The notes below the pieces were generated by a model. The model was not told the origin of the DNA. It saw only the letters and a program-made list of their open reading frames with translations, and searched no databases. A stretch of 64,000 nucleotides of DNA, taken from NCBI RefSeq assembly GCF_963921235.1, contig NC_086097.1, positions 76,014,001 through 76,078,000 of the forward strand. Reading direction: 5' to 3'. The stretch is from Mobula hypostoma. Lineage: Eukaryota. Shown one piece after another: positions 27,011 to 39,575 of the stretch. A program made the translations under genes and the position numbers. Every line of letters starts with the position of its first letter. Position 1 is the first letter of the stretch.

Positions 27011-27575
27011 CTATTTTTTACTTTTTTAATTTAAATACTATTTAAAGTTATTTGTACAAACCCAAAATAAATCGCTAACCACAAGTTTATCCTGTTTAAC
27101 AGTTACAATCTATTGCCAAATATTTTAGGTTTATGTAATTTATAGAAAGTAAAATACGCTATTTTAATTTGTTTTCTGAGAAAATTTGTATTTAAGTTGT
27201 GTTGTTTAACTACTTCAGGACTTAATATTAAATACTTCTCAGAATTATGTTCTTTCCTCCATTTTTGAAGGCAAAATGTTACATCTATCCTTTAGGCAAA
27301 AGGATGTATTTGAAATAATTCAGCATTTTCTCCCAGTTTCTCTCTCAAGAGCTTAATTCTGGTAAAGACCATTTTTTAACATTTCTTTGGGACTTATTAT
27401 TGACTTTTATTGTGAAAAGGACAAATGATCAGTAAATGATAAATATTAGGTTTGTCTCTCAAAGCAGTTACAAAGACTTTCCAAAATAAAAGTTGTATGC
27501 AAATACACACACATTTACAAAGTTTATTAACAGTATGAATATAGCTTTAATAGCTCTTAAAACTCACCAACTCAC

Positions 27576-27701
27576 GGAAGTTGTATTGAAACAAGTCAAC
27601 TTAAACAACTTGCTATGAACATGTACAACTGTGGTTTGAGAACTCGAGAAAATATTATCTGCATAACAAGTTGGTACCAGAGGATCCAACCAACTTGGGA
27701 A
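27576..27701 (-). pseudogene. Candidate exon of the unidentified minus-strand gene
   Basis: Acceptor ...TTTCTCTGTATGGTCTTTAAAG, donor GTGAGT (alternative donor 8 nt further on). 126-nt open frame FPSWLDPLVPTCYADNIFSSSQTTVVHVHSKLFKLTCFNTTS. Confidence 0.35.
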
Positions 27702-28034
27702 CTTTAAAGACCATACAGAGAAAGGAAAATCAATGAAATGTCTTGTGCAAGTTATACCTCAAGAAGGCTACAGTACTAACTAATTTTAAAGGATGAGATC
27801 AGAAAAATCTGCCAAAAATAGGCGGAGTGACAAACCAAATTTTACAAACCCCAGATCATAAACTCTCAATCAACTCTGTGGGCTGCAGATTAGTAGACCA
27901 CTATTAGATTTTTCAGATGAACAAGAACTGGTGTTGAGCAAAGATTAAATTTAATCAAAGCAGACTTGCTGCACAGAAAGGTTGATAACATATGAAAACT
28001 GCTTTGATCAGTAACTGAAAGTGCTTATAAAATG

Positions 28035-28566
28035 GTAGTTATCCGTTGTATCTGATGATAACAGGAAACCTGTGCAGGGGAGTTTTTAAAGTGGAAAAGT
28101 AGTTGCACTGAGGCAGTTCCACTCTCTCAACCTCGGAAGTCTGCGTCCAGTGGTACAAGTAGTCATCAGAATTGGGGTCTTCCTTGGTTGCAGTGGATGA
28201 CCACGATTGCTTCTGTGCTTTGTCATGCCCTTCGTTTTTCACAAAGTGTTGGAGAGCCACCTTACAAGCTATTGGATCTCACCGTTGATCTCATTCGCCC
28301 ACTGGAGCCGCCTTCGCTTGCTAGGACAGGCATGTCCCTGCTTCACAGGGGTATGAAACCTTCCAGCCTTAACCTTACCTGGTTGAGCCAACCTGTTGAA
28401 GCAGTGTGCTAGGATACAACCACTGTTGTTTGCAAGCAGCTACTTGGGAGCCAGAGGTGAGAGCTGAGCCATAGGTAGGGACCAAAGGTGAGTGAGCTGC
28501 CCCTGAATGGCCATGACAAGCCCCTTCACCAGAAGTGCTACTACTCCCTGAACAGCCCATACACCC
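28035..28566 (-). mobile_element. Short RTE-derived non-autonomous element
   Basis: The minus strand starts GGGTGTATGGGCTGTTCAGGGAGTAGTAGCACTTCTGGTGAAGGGGCTTGTC, an RTE-like 5' UTR. No ORF. Confidence 0.45.
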
Positions 28567-28765
28567 TACTTATTAAAAAAAACATAAAGTAAAAGGGGAT
28601 TGGTTAAATCATAAACAGTACTCCAGATGTGGCCTTACCAATGCCCAATAAAATTGAAATATAAACCATAAACAACAGGAATTCTGCAGATGCTGGAAAT
28701 TCAAGCAACACATCAAAGTTGCTGGTGAACGCAGCAGGCCAGGCAGCATCTCTAGGAAGAGGTAC

Positions 28766-28801
28766 AGTCAACGTTTCAGGCCGAGACCCTTCGTCAGGAC
28801 T
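28766..28801 (-). ncRNA. Minimal hammerhead ribozyme motif (GUU triplet variant) in Penelope terminus
   Basis: The minus strand reads AGTC CTGACGA A GGGT CTCG GCCT GAAAC GTT GACT. Confidence 0.7.
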
Positions 28802-30371
28802 AACTGAAGGAAGAGTTAGTAAGAGATTTGAAAGCGGGAGGGGGAGGGGGAGATCCAAAATGATAGGAGAAGACAGGAGGGGGAGGGATGGAGCCAAGAG
28901 CTGGACAGGTGATTGGCAAAGGGGATACGAGAGGATCATGGGACAGGAGATCCGGGGAGAAAGACGGGGGGGGGGAACCCAGAGGATGGGCAAGGGGTAT
29001 AGTCAGAGGGACAGAGGGAGAAAAAGGAGAGTGAGAGAAAGAATGTGTGTATAAAAATAATTAACAGATGGAGTACAAGGGGGAGGTGGGGCATTAGCGG
29101 AAGTTAGAGAAGATAGAGATCTGAAGAGATCCTGCTTTCTCTGGCGGACAGAGCGTAGGTGTTCAGCAAAGCGGTCTCTCAGTCTGCGTCGGGTCTCGCC
29201 AATATATAGAAGGCCACATTGGGAGCACCAGACGCAGTATATCACCCCAGCCGACTCACAGGTGAAGTGTGGCCTCACCTGGAAGGACTGTTTGGGGCCC
29301 TGAATAGTGGTAAGGGAGGAAGTGTAAGGGCATGTGTAGCACTTGTTCCGCTTACAAGGATAAGTGCCAGGAGGGAGATCAGTGGGGAGGGATGGGGGGG
29401 GGGGGAATGGAGAAGGGAGTCACGTAGGGAGCGAGCCCTGCAGAAAGCAGGGGTGGGGGGGAGGGAAAGATGTGCTTAGTGGTGGGATCCCGTTGGAGGT
29501 GGCGGAAGTTATGGAGAATAATATGTTGGACCCGGAGGCTGGTGGGATGGTAGGTGAGGACCAGGGGAACCCTATTCCTAGTGCGGTGGCGGGAGGATGG
29601 AGTGAGAGCAGATGTACGTGAAATAGGGGAGATGCGTTTGAGAGCAGAGTTGATAGTGGAGGAAGGGAAGCCCCTTTCTTTAAAAAAGGAGGACATTTCC
29701 CTCGTCCTAGAATGAAAAGCCTCATCGTGAGAGCAGATGCGGCGGAGACGGAGGAACTGCGAGAAGGGGATGGCGTTTTTGCAAGAGACAGGGTGAGAAG
29801 AGGAATGTGGCCTTCTATATATTGGTGAGACCCGACACAGACTGGGAGACCGCTTTGCTGAACACCTATGCTCTGTCTGCCAGAGAAAGCAGGATCTCCC
29901 AGTGGCCACACATTTTAATTCCACATCCCATTCCCATTCTGACATGTCTACCCACGGCCTCCTCTACTGTAAAGATGAAGCCACACTCAGGTTGGAGGAA
30001 CAACACCTTATATTCCGTCTGGGTAGCCTCCAACCTGATGGCATGAACATTGACTTCTCTAACTTCCGCTAATGCCCCACCTCCCCCTCGTACCCCATCT
30101 GTTAATTATTTTTATACACACATCCTTTCTCTCACTCTCCTTTTTCTCCCTCTGTCCCTCTGACTATACCCCTTGCCCATCCTCTGGATTCCCCCCCCCT
30201 CGTCTTTCTCCCCTGATCTCTTGTCCCATGATCCTCTCGTATCCCCTTTGCCAATCACCTGTCCAGCTCTTGGCTCCATCCCTCCCCCATCTGTCTTCTC
30301 CTATCATTTTGGATCTCCCCCTCCCCCTCCCCCTCCCACTTTCAAATCTCTTACTCACTCTTCCTTCAGTT

Positions 30372-30407
30372 AGTCCTGACGAAGGGTCTCGGCCTGAAAC
30401 GTCGACT
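30372..30407 (+). ncRNA. Minimal type I hammerhead ribozyme motif in Penelope terminus
   Basis: AGTC CTGACGA A GGGT-CTCG-GCCT GAAAC GTC GACT: core boxes CUGANGA and GAAA, stem I AGUC/GACU, stem II GGGU/GCCU, palindromic ACGU in place of stem III, GUC triplet (predicted cleavage after 30403). Confidence 0.85.
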
Positions 30408-30519
30408 GTACCTCTTCCTAGATATGCTGCCTGGCCTGCTGCGTTCACCAGCAACTTTGAAATATAAACTGCCTTACTTTTGTGTTCAATTCACCTAGCA
30501 ATAAATTATAGCATTGCAA

Positions 30520-31120
30520 CAGCACAGCACAATCCACAATGTTGTGCTGACCCTTTAACCTACTCTAACATCAATCTAACCCTTTCCTCTCACATTACCC
30601 TCCATTTTTCTTTCATCCAAGTGCCTATCTAAGAGTCTCTTAAATGTCCCTAATGTAACTGCCTCTACCACCGCTCCTGGCAGTGTGCTCCATATACTTG
30701 CCATTCTCTGTGTAATAAACTTAGCTCTGACACCTCCCCCATAATTTCCTCCAAACACTTTAAAATCATGCCCCATCGTATTAGCATTTCCACCCTGGGA
30801 AAAAGTCTCTGGCTACCCACTCTATCTATGCCTCTTATCTTATACACCTCTGTATCAATTCACCTCTCATACTCCTTTTCTCCAAAGAGAAAAACGCTAG
30901 CTCACTCAACCTATCCTTTTAAGACATGCTCTTTAATTCAGGCAGCTTCCTGTAAATCTCCTCTGCACCATCTCTAAAGCTTCCACATCCCTTCTATAAT
31001 GAGGTGCCCAGAACTGAACACAATACTACAAGTATGGTCTAACCAAAGTTTTATAGAGCAGCAACATTGCCTTGTGGTTCTTGATCTCAATTCCCTGACT
31101 AATGAAGGTCAGCACATCAA
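30520..31120 (-). mobile_element. CR1 LINE 3' fragment
   Basis: YKIRGIDRVGSQRLFPRVE; FITQRMASIWSTLPGAVVEA..FKRLLDRHL. Confidence 0.85.
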
Positions 31121-32259
31121 TCAATCATTCATTTCTGTTTTCTCCAACTCTGCAGCACAGTCTTCAGTTGAAGCAAAATTGGGGTGGGTCACAAATCTCA
31201 GACACAGGATTAATTTAATCCGGTATTTAAATAGAGCACATTCAATGTGGCAAAAGGGCAGAACTGAGGGATGGCTCACATTCTTCGAAGTATAAAACCA
31301 GGTGAATGGACCTGCTCTGAATTATAATGTATGACCTCCTCAAATATTTTTTGAGGGTATGAACAAACCAGAGGGCCCAATGCACATTTTTAATTTGGGT
31401 TCCATGGAGAAAAATTGCTGAAAAGAGCATTTTCCAAGTCAAACTAGACAAAGTAGTATTTGGAGCTTGGATCAATAGAAATGGGTTGGCCAGCTACTCC
31501 AATCTTTAGAAAACCTGACAATTAATAAATATATAACAGGAAATTAAAACAAAGGGGAAATAAATGTTATTAAAACAAATACCAGAATAAAGGGAGAAAC
31601 AAAATAGTATGATGGTCTTAAATGTCCAAAATCTGAAGTTAACTAATTGAAACAGTATTCAGTGAGTAAAAACTGCAGAGAGGTAGAGAGGTCCGATTTC
31701 AAGGAAACTAAGCACAAAATCCCTAGTAATAGTGTTTTTTTTTTAAATATGAAGAGCTACAGAGCCACAGAGAGCAAATATGCAAAATACAGAGTTCTGA
31801 AGGTCCAATTTGCCAAATAAAATTTGCTATTGGAGTTATAGATAGATTTGAGAGCATGTGAATGGTTGGGCAGGAGATTGGTTGGAAAGATGAAACTGTG
31901 GGTTTTTCACTTTCGGGCACAGTCAAGGACATGTATTTTAGATATTATCTGAATCTGAAGTTGAGACACAGGAATAAAAGATATAGGATTCTTCCACTGC
32001 CACTCACTGCGCCTTAGTGCTATTACATTTTGATTACAGATAACCATTGGATCAATTAAATGTATAATTAATATTATAAATGCCCAAAACTATTATTACA
32101 ATTTAACAATGTAAATGGTGACTGAGAGACTGGCATGTTTACAAAGAACATTTAAATTAAATCTTGCAAATTCAAGTTGTAACTCAAAAAGCATTTCTAA
32201 GTTATTTCTGGCTTAAGAGCTATTATTACCTTACTTTTGTTTTGTATTCTTGCTATATA

Positions 32260-32864
32260 CAGTGGATTCCTGTTAATTGGGCTATCGGTTAATCAGGGTA
32301 GCCACTTATTTTGGACAACTCTTATAGAACAAAAACTAGCTGGGATTCCTTTCATTTATTTGGGACACTATGCCACTTAACTGGGACAGGAGACTGTTGC
32401 CAAGCAATTTCTAACTAATGTCAGTGGCATGCACTTATGTTGCTATTAGATACTACATGCAGAGAGTGAACAGTTTTTAAATGGCACCAGTTGCGTGCTT
32501 TTGCACTCAAATAATAGTGATTTTTGACACTGATAGTTGGTGAGGGATACGCAGTAAGACAATTCAGAACTATTTTGCTCACTGAAGTTTCAAGCATTCC
32601 AGCTTGGTGATGTCAGAAATGGCTGGGTGTGAAAATGAAATGAATTAGGAATTATGTAGAATTTTAAGGTATCAACAATCATCGTGAATATTACAATGAA
32701 AATGAAGATTTGGAGGATGCAATCATCAAAAGGATAGTATGAAGGCAACACACACAAAATGCTGGAGGAACTCAAGCAGGACTGTCAGTATCTATGGAAA
32801 AGAGTATAGTTGATGTTTTGGGCTGAGACGCTTCATCAGGACCCTGCTGAGTTCCTCCACTATC

Positions 32865-32901
<37 letters not shown>

Positions 32902-33442
32902 GCTTGGAATTCCAGCACCTGCAGATTATTAGGCCAGGCAGCATCTCTGGGAAGAAGTACAGTCGACGTTTCCTCAGGGTGAAGGGTCTCAGCCCGAAAT
33001 GTCGACTGTAACTCTTCCTAGATATGCTGCCTGGCCTGCTGCGTTCACCAGCAACTTTTATGTGTGTTGCTTGAAATTCCAGCATCTGCAGATTTCCTCG
33101 TACCTGCAGGTTATTTCTTGTTTGTAATATGAAGGCAATCCATGATCTATACCAGATGACTGCACTGATTTTGTTCATTTACAGTCAATCAAAAGAACAC
33201 AGCAGCATACAGTGGATGAATTCCTCCATTGAAAACTATTAGGAACTAATACACAGTTTTGTAGTACTGTAGTAGTATTGGAGATGTTCTAAGTTGTTCT
33301 CTATTTCAGGTAAATATAGTAGTTTGCCTTTTTTTAAATACCTTTTAAACTATTTCCATGAAACTTCAGATAACTTGGGCAACCGCTTAATTGGGCCAAA
33401 ATGCACTGGCCCAGATGTGTCCTAATTAACCAGAATCCACTG
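32260..33442. mobile_element. Non-autonomous Tc1/mariner (Tigger/pogo-like) DNA element
   Basis: TIRs CAGTGGATTCCTGTTAATTGGG / CCTAATTAACCAGAATCCACTG with TA on both flanks. No transposase ORF. Confidence 0.8.
32749..33127. mobile_element. Compound Penelope fold-back insertion (two hairpins, (TG)n) inside the Tigger-like element
   Basis: Inverted Penelope terminal arms, partial hammerhead cores at ~32808-32843 and ~32960-33008. 11-bp TSD TATGAAGGCAA at 32738-32748 and 33128-33138. Confidence 0.8.
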
Positions 33443-34369
33443 TATTTAAATCATGTATTAGGGAAATCTGAGAGAATGTTATGGAAGAAAAACTAGGTCA
33501 AGCAACTTGTAACATTTTAATACAGATTTTCTGCAAAAACTCGAGTTCATAATAAACACATTCACCTCTGAAATTTTGTAATGTGTAACACAATTCATAT
33601 TACTTCTGTATCACTCTTTACAGAAGGATTTTGTGTAGCCACTCTCCTCATACGCAGATGAAAAGATGTTTCCGATATTCTGAAATTTATGTGATTTTGG
33701 ATTGTACTTTATATTGGTTCCGTTTTTCAGTGTTTTCTTTCTTGTGGCCCATTGGTGGGTGGGTAATCTGCTAATTTTTTTTGTGTATAAGAGTGGGGTT
33801 TGGGGGTTTTGATACTACTGTCGACATACTTTTCTGTGAGGAGGTCAGGGATTGTTACTGTCGCCGTTTTTTCCTGAGGATGAGGGGGTTGGGGATTATT
33901 ATTGTTGCTATTTTCTTTCTGCGGAGAAGGGAATGGGAGATTTTGTGGTCGTGGGGGGTGTTGATGCCTTTTATTTCATCTCCCATGACCTTTCTGTATT
34001 TTATGACTATTTGGAGAAGACAAATATCAGAGTTGTATTGTACATGCATAATTTGAGAATAAAATGAAACTTTGAACTTATGGAATGGCACAAAACATGA
34101 CTCAAGATCAACAATTTGTGACAAAGAGAAGGGAAAATTGCTAAGTTTCAGATTATTAGATACCATCACAGTAGGTAACATTTCTGTGCAAAATTTAATT
34201 AGAGTAATTACTCTTAAGCAAAAGAATGCAAGTATATTATGTTTTGAACTATCCTGAAAATTGAAAGACCAAAATTCTGGAGATTTTTTTCCAAAAACCT
34301 TCAACTAAACATTTGATCAATATAAAATGAATGCTTCACATCTAATGAAGCCTTTCCCACTGATGCTTC

Positions 34370-35567
34370 ATAGATGACTTTTACTAAGGTGGTCATACCG
34401 AAGGTACAGGAGTCAGACCGATAGATGACCTCTAAGAGAGCCTGGTCAAGTAGACAGCAGTGCAAGGGTCCCATGTGGCCTTTCTCCTCAGCAGACTTGA
34501 TAATTAGGGAGACCGAAAGGAGACTCTATGCCTGCAGAAGAAGTACCAGAATGGTGGGTTGTCTTCCAGGTGGTAAGTTCAAGGACATCTCTGAGCAGCT
34601 GTAGAAAATGCTCCTTGTTTAACATGATAGCAAGTCGAGGAATAGAAAGATAGGCCAGATGAATGTGTGGTTGAAGAGCTGGTGTAGGGGTTCAGGTTCT
34701 TGGATCATTGAGATCCCTACAGGGGCAGAGACGATTTGTACAAGAGGGATAGGTCATACTTGAACGGGGTGTGTAGGCGGGGGGAATATTCTAGTAAGGA
34801 AATTTCCTTTTGCCATCAGGCAGGATTTAAACTAGTATGGCAGCAGATGGGACTTGAGAGCATAGTCAGTGAGAAGACATGTAGTTATCAAAGTGTGTAA
34901 ACCTATCAATCAATATAGCCATGCTTACAAAGAAGAGGGATGTACTGTTTTAAATTGCATCTACAGTATTTCAATGCATGTAGCTTAACAGGCAGAACTG
35001 AGGGCATGGATTGCATCTAGGGAATGGAATGTTGGAGCCATAACAGAAATGTGGATAAGGATAGGACTAGCAGCTCAATGTTTTGGGATACTAATGCTTT
35101 AGTTGTAACAGAGGAACAGGTAGGAGTGGAGATGTTGCCTTTTCAACAGGAAAATAGTTCTTAGAGAGGGATCTAATGAAACAATTTGGGTAGAACTTAT
35201 AAGTACGAAGGGGACGGTCACCATGGCAGGGCTGCATTATAGACACACAGCCCAATAGCAGTTGGAGCTTGAGGAGCAGATATATAGTAAGAAATTGCAC
35301 ATAGTTGTGAGAATAGTAGGGTACTGCTAGATTTCAGTCTTCCAGGTTTCAACTTGCCACCAGAGTGCAATAGGCCTGGGTGGGGTGGAAATCATGCGGT
35401 GCATTCAAGAAAGTTCCTCATGCAATGCTGGAATTACTCTTGGGGAACAAAGTAGCTAAAGTGACAGCTGTTGGTCACTTTGGCTCTGGTGACTATAACT
35501 CTATAGCGGAATAGGATAGAGCAAGTCCACAGGTTAGGGCCCTGAACTAGAGCAGGGCCAGCTTTAG
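34370..35567 (+). mobile_element. Old CR1 LINE, 5' part (ORF1/endonuclease remnants); continues at ~39577-40585
   Basis: CR1-like remnants. The frame rejoins across the nested CR1 (..AGCAGGGCCAGCTTT / GAGGGCATTAGAGAGGA..). Confidence 0.65.
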
Positions 35568-38500
35568 ACCATAAGAACATGAGACACGGGAGCAGAATTA
35601 GGCCATTCAGCCCATCGAGTCTGCTCCACCATTCTATTATGGCTGATCCCAAATCCCACTCAGCTCCATACATCTGCCTTCTCAACACCTCCTTTGATGC
35701 CCTGATTGATTAGGAAATGATCAACTTCCACATTAATTATACCCATGGACTTGGCCTCCACTGCTGTCTGTGGCAGAGCATTCCACAGATTCACTACTCT
35801 CTGGCTAAAAAAAATTCCTTCTTACCACAGTTCTAAAAAGTCACCCCTCAATTTTGAGGCTGTGCCCTCTAGTTCTGGATACCCCCACCATAGGAAACTT
35901 CCTCTCCACACCCACCCCATTTAGTCCTTTCAACATTCCGAAGGTTTCAGTGAGATTTCACCCCCCCCCCACAACGTTCTTCTAAATTCCACTGACTACA
36001 GGCCCAAAGCTGCCAAACTCTCCTCATATGTTAACCTTTCATTCCTGGAATCATCTTTGTGAACCTCCTCTGGACTCTCTCCAGTAACAACACATCCTTT
36101 CTGAGATACGGGGCCCAAAACTGTTGACAATACTCCAAATGCAGCCTGACTAGTGTCTTATGAAGGCTCAGCATTATCTCCTTGCTTTAATATTCCATTC
36201 CCCTTGAAATAAATGCCAACGTTGCATTTGCCTTCTTTACCAGACTCAACCTGTAAAGTAACCTTCTGGGAGTCTTGCATGAGGACTCCCTAAGTTCCTC
36301 TGCACCTCTGATGTTTGAACCTTCTCCCCATTTAGATGATAGTCCACACTATTGTTCCTTTTACCAAAATGCATTATCATACATTTCCCCACCCTTTTAT
36401 TCCCATTTGCTGCTCCCTGCCTGTCAGCCGTTCCTCTATCTATGCCAGTATCTTCCCTGTAATGCCATAGGATTTTAGTTTGATAAGCAGCCTCATGTGT
36501 GGCACCTTATCAAATGCCTTCTGAAATCCAAGCAAATGACATCCACTACCTCTCTTTTGTCCACCCTGCTTGTTACTTCCTTGAAGAACTCTAACAGACC
36601 TGTCAGGCAAGATTTCCCTTCACAGAAACCATGCTGACTTTGACTTATTTTATCATTGGTCTCCAAGTACCCCAAAATCTCATCCTTTATAATAGACTCT
36701 AACACTTTCCCAGCCACTGAGGTTATGTTAACTGGTCTATAATTTCCTTTCTTTTGCCTTCCTCCCTTCTTAAAGACTGGACTGATATTTGCAATCTTCT
36801 AGTCCTCCAGGACCATGCCAGAGTCAAGTGATTCTTGTAAGATCATAAACAACGCATCTGCTGTCTCTTCAGCAACCTCTCTTAGGACTCTGCGATGTAG
36901 TCCATCTGGTCAGGTGACTTGTCCATCTTAAGACTTTTGAGTTTGCCTAGCACATTTTCCTTTATTATAGCAATGGCACTCACTCCTGCTCCCTGATACT
37001 CACAGATCTCTAGCACACTGCTAGTGTCTTCCACAGTGAAGACAGATGCAAAGTATTCATTAAGTTCATCTGCCGTTTCTTTGTCCCCCATTATTACCTC
37101 AACAGCATCATTTCCCAGTGGTCTAATATCAACTTCTACCTTTCTTTTACTCTTTATATAACTGAAAAACCTTCTGGTATCCTGTTTTATATTAGTGGCT
37201 AGTTTGCACTTGTATTGCACCTTTTCCCTTCTTATAGCTTTTTTTTGTTTCCTTTTGTTGGATTATAAAAACTTCCCAATCATACAACTTCCCACTCATT
37301 TTTGCTACTTATATGCCCTTTCCTTGGCTTTTACGCAATCCTTAACTTCCTTTGTCTGCCACTGTTGCCTACTACTGCCATTTGAGAACTTCTTCCTCTG
37401 TGGGACATATCTATCCTGCACTTTGTGAGCTATTCCCAGAAACGTCAGCCACCTCTGCTCTGCCATCATCCCTGCCAATATCCTCCTCCAATCCACCCGG
37501 GCAAGTTCCTTTCTCATGTCTCTGTAACTCCCTTTATTCAATTGCGATACTGATACTTGTGACGTATGATTCTCCCTCTCAAATTGCAGTATGAAATCAA
37601 TCATATTGTGATCACTGCCTCCTAAAGGTTCTTTTGCAATAAGCTCCCTAACAAGATCTGGGTTATTATGCAACATCCAATCTGAGATGGCCTTTCCCCG
37701 AGTAGGCTCAAGCACAAGCTGCTCTAAAAAGTTATCTTGTAGGCATTCAACAAATTCCCTCTCTTGCAATCTGACACCAATCTGATTTTCCCAATCCCCT
37801 TGCATATTGAAGTCACCCTTTACAATTGTGTCATTACCTTTGTTACATGCCTTTTCCATCTCCCTTTGCAATTTCAACCCCATATCTTGGCTACTATTTG
37901 GAAGCCTATATATGATTCCCATAATGGTTTTTCTACCCATGCAGTTTCTTAACTCCACCCACAAAGATTCAACATTCTCTGACCCTATGTCACCTCTTTC
38001 TAAAATGTAATTCCATCTCCTACTAACAGAGCCACACCAGCACCTATGCCTTCCTGCCTGTCCTTTCAATACAAAGTATATTCTTTGTTGTTAAGCTCCC
38101 AACTACAGCCTTCTTTTAGCCATGACTCAGAGGTGCCCACAATGTCATACCAATCAACCGCTAATTACACCACGAGCTTTTCCACCTTATTCCTAATGCC
38201 ATGCACATTTAAGTACACTTTGCCCTTTTGAATTTTGCCTGTGTGGTACAATTTAACTCTTTGCTCCGTCTGCATTTGTACCCAATCACTGGCTTATCCT
38301 TCCTTACATTTCTGTTACATCCATCATCTACTTGTAAACCTGCTGACTCATCCTCAGCTCTATCGTACTGGTTCCCAACCCCTGCCATGTTAATTTAAAT
38401 CATTCCCAACAGCTCCAGTAAAACCTGCCCCCAAGAATATTGGTCCCTCTTTGCATTCAAGTGCAACTCGTCCCTTCTGTACAGGTCCCACCTGCCCAGA

Positions 38501-39575
38501 AGAGGCCACAATTATCCAGAAATCTGAATCCCTGACCCCTGCTCTAATTTTTCAGCCACGCATTTGTCTGCCACCTCATTCTATTCCTATCCTTACTGTC
38601 ACATGGCAAAGGCAGCAATCTAGAGATTACTACCTTTGAGGTCCTGCTTCTCAGATTCTTTCCTAACTTCCTGTTTTCTTTTTCTACCTATGTCATTGGT
38701 ACCAATATGTCCCACGACTTCTGGCTGCTCATCTTCCCTTTTCAGGATATTGTGGACGTGTCCAGAAACATCACGGGCCCAGACACCTGGGAGGCAAACT
38801 ACCATTTGTGTTTCCTTCTTGCGTCCACAGAATCGCCTATCTGTCCCCCTGACTATGGAGCCCGTATTACAGATGCCATCCTCTTCAGTTCCGTACCCTT
38901 CTGAGCCACTGGGGCAGATTCGGTGCCAGAGGCACGGTCGCAATTGCTTCCCTCAGCTAGGTCCTTCCACCCCCCCCCCCCACCAAACAGTACTCAAAAT
39001 GGAGTACTTATCATTGAGGGGGAGAGCCATAGGTGTGCTGACGTTCTCCCTTCCCTCTCCTCACAGTCACCCATTTATCTGTCTCATGTAGCCTTGGGGG
39101 TGATTACCTCCCTGTAGCTCCTGTCTTTCACTGCTTCACTTTCCCACACAAGCCAAAGGCTATCAAGTTGCAGCTCCAGTTCCCTAACATTGTCTCTAAG
39201 GAGCTGCATCTCAATGCACCTTGTGCAGATGTGGCCATCGGGGAGGCTGGAAGTCTCCCGGAAATCCCACATCTGACACCCAGAGCAGAACACTGGCTCT
39301 GTACACCCTATTCTCTCAAGATTTAAATAAGAAGTAAGGAATGAACTTACCTGCTTACCTTGCCTCCACCTGTTCTCGCTAAAGCCCTGTTGACCCAAAG
39401 CCTTACTACTCTACCTCAGACTATTCTGACAACGACCACTCCGCTAGGCAGTACCCCTCTTTTATGGAGTCTGGGTTTTTAAAGATCTTGACCGGACCTG
39501 CACGTGAGCACTTCTGTTCTGTCTGCGATCAATGACTTCCATCGAAAAGCTTCCTGCTTTTTAAAGATCTTTTAC
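35568..39575 (-). mobile_element. Near full-length CR1 LINE (5' UTR, ORF1 Zn-finger + SGNH esterase, ORF2 with internal deletion)
   Basis: CSGCQMWD..HICTRC; GSIVRGTDRRFCG..VVCLPG..GHIGTNDIG; endonuclease ORF 37305-38069; RT ORF 36493-36717; CR1 3' tail at 35568. Confidence 0.92.

Larger units (their letters stand above)
28667..30456. mobile_element. Penelope-like element with inverted structure (minus arm 28667-29804, plus arm 29805-30456)
   Basis: RT C-terminus (SSHPVSCKNAIPFSQFLRLRRICS, RVPLVLTYHP) and GIY-YIG (VIYCVWCSQCGLLYIGETRRRLRDRFAEH). 13-bp TSD TTGAAATATAAAC at 28654-28666 and 30457-30469. Confidence 0.92.

Noticed and set aside
33700..34065. T/G-rich stretch ending in AATAAA, resembling an L1/Tx1 3' UTR
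   Set aside because: No coding remnant or TSD to support the call.
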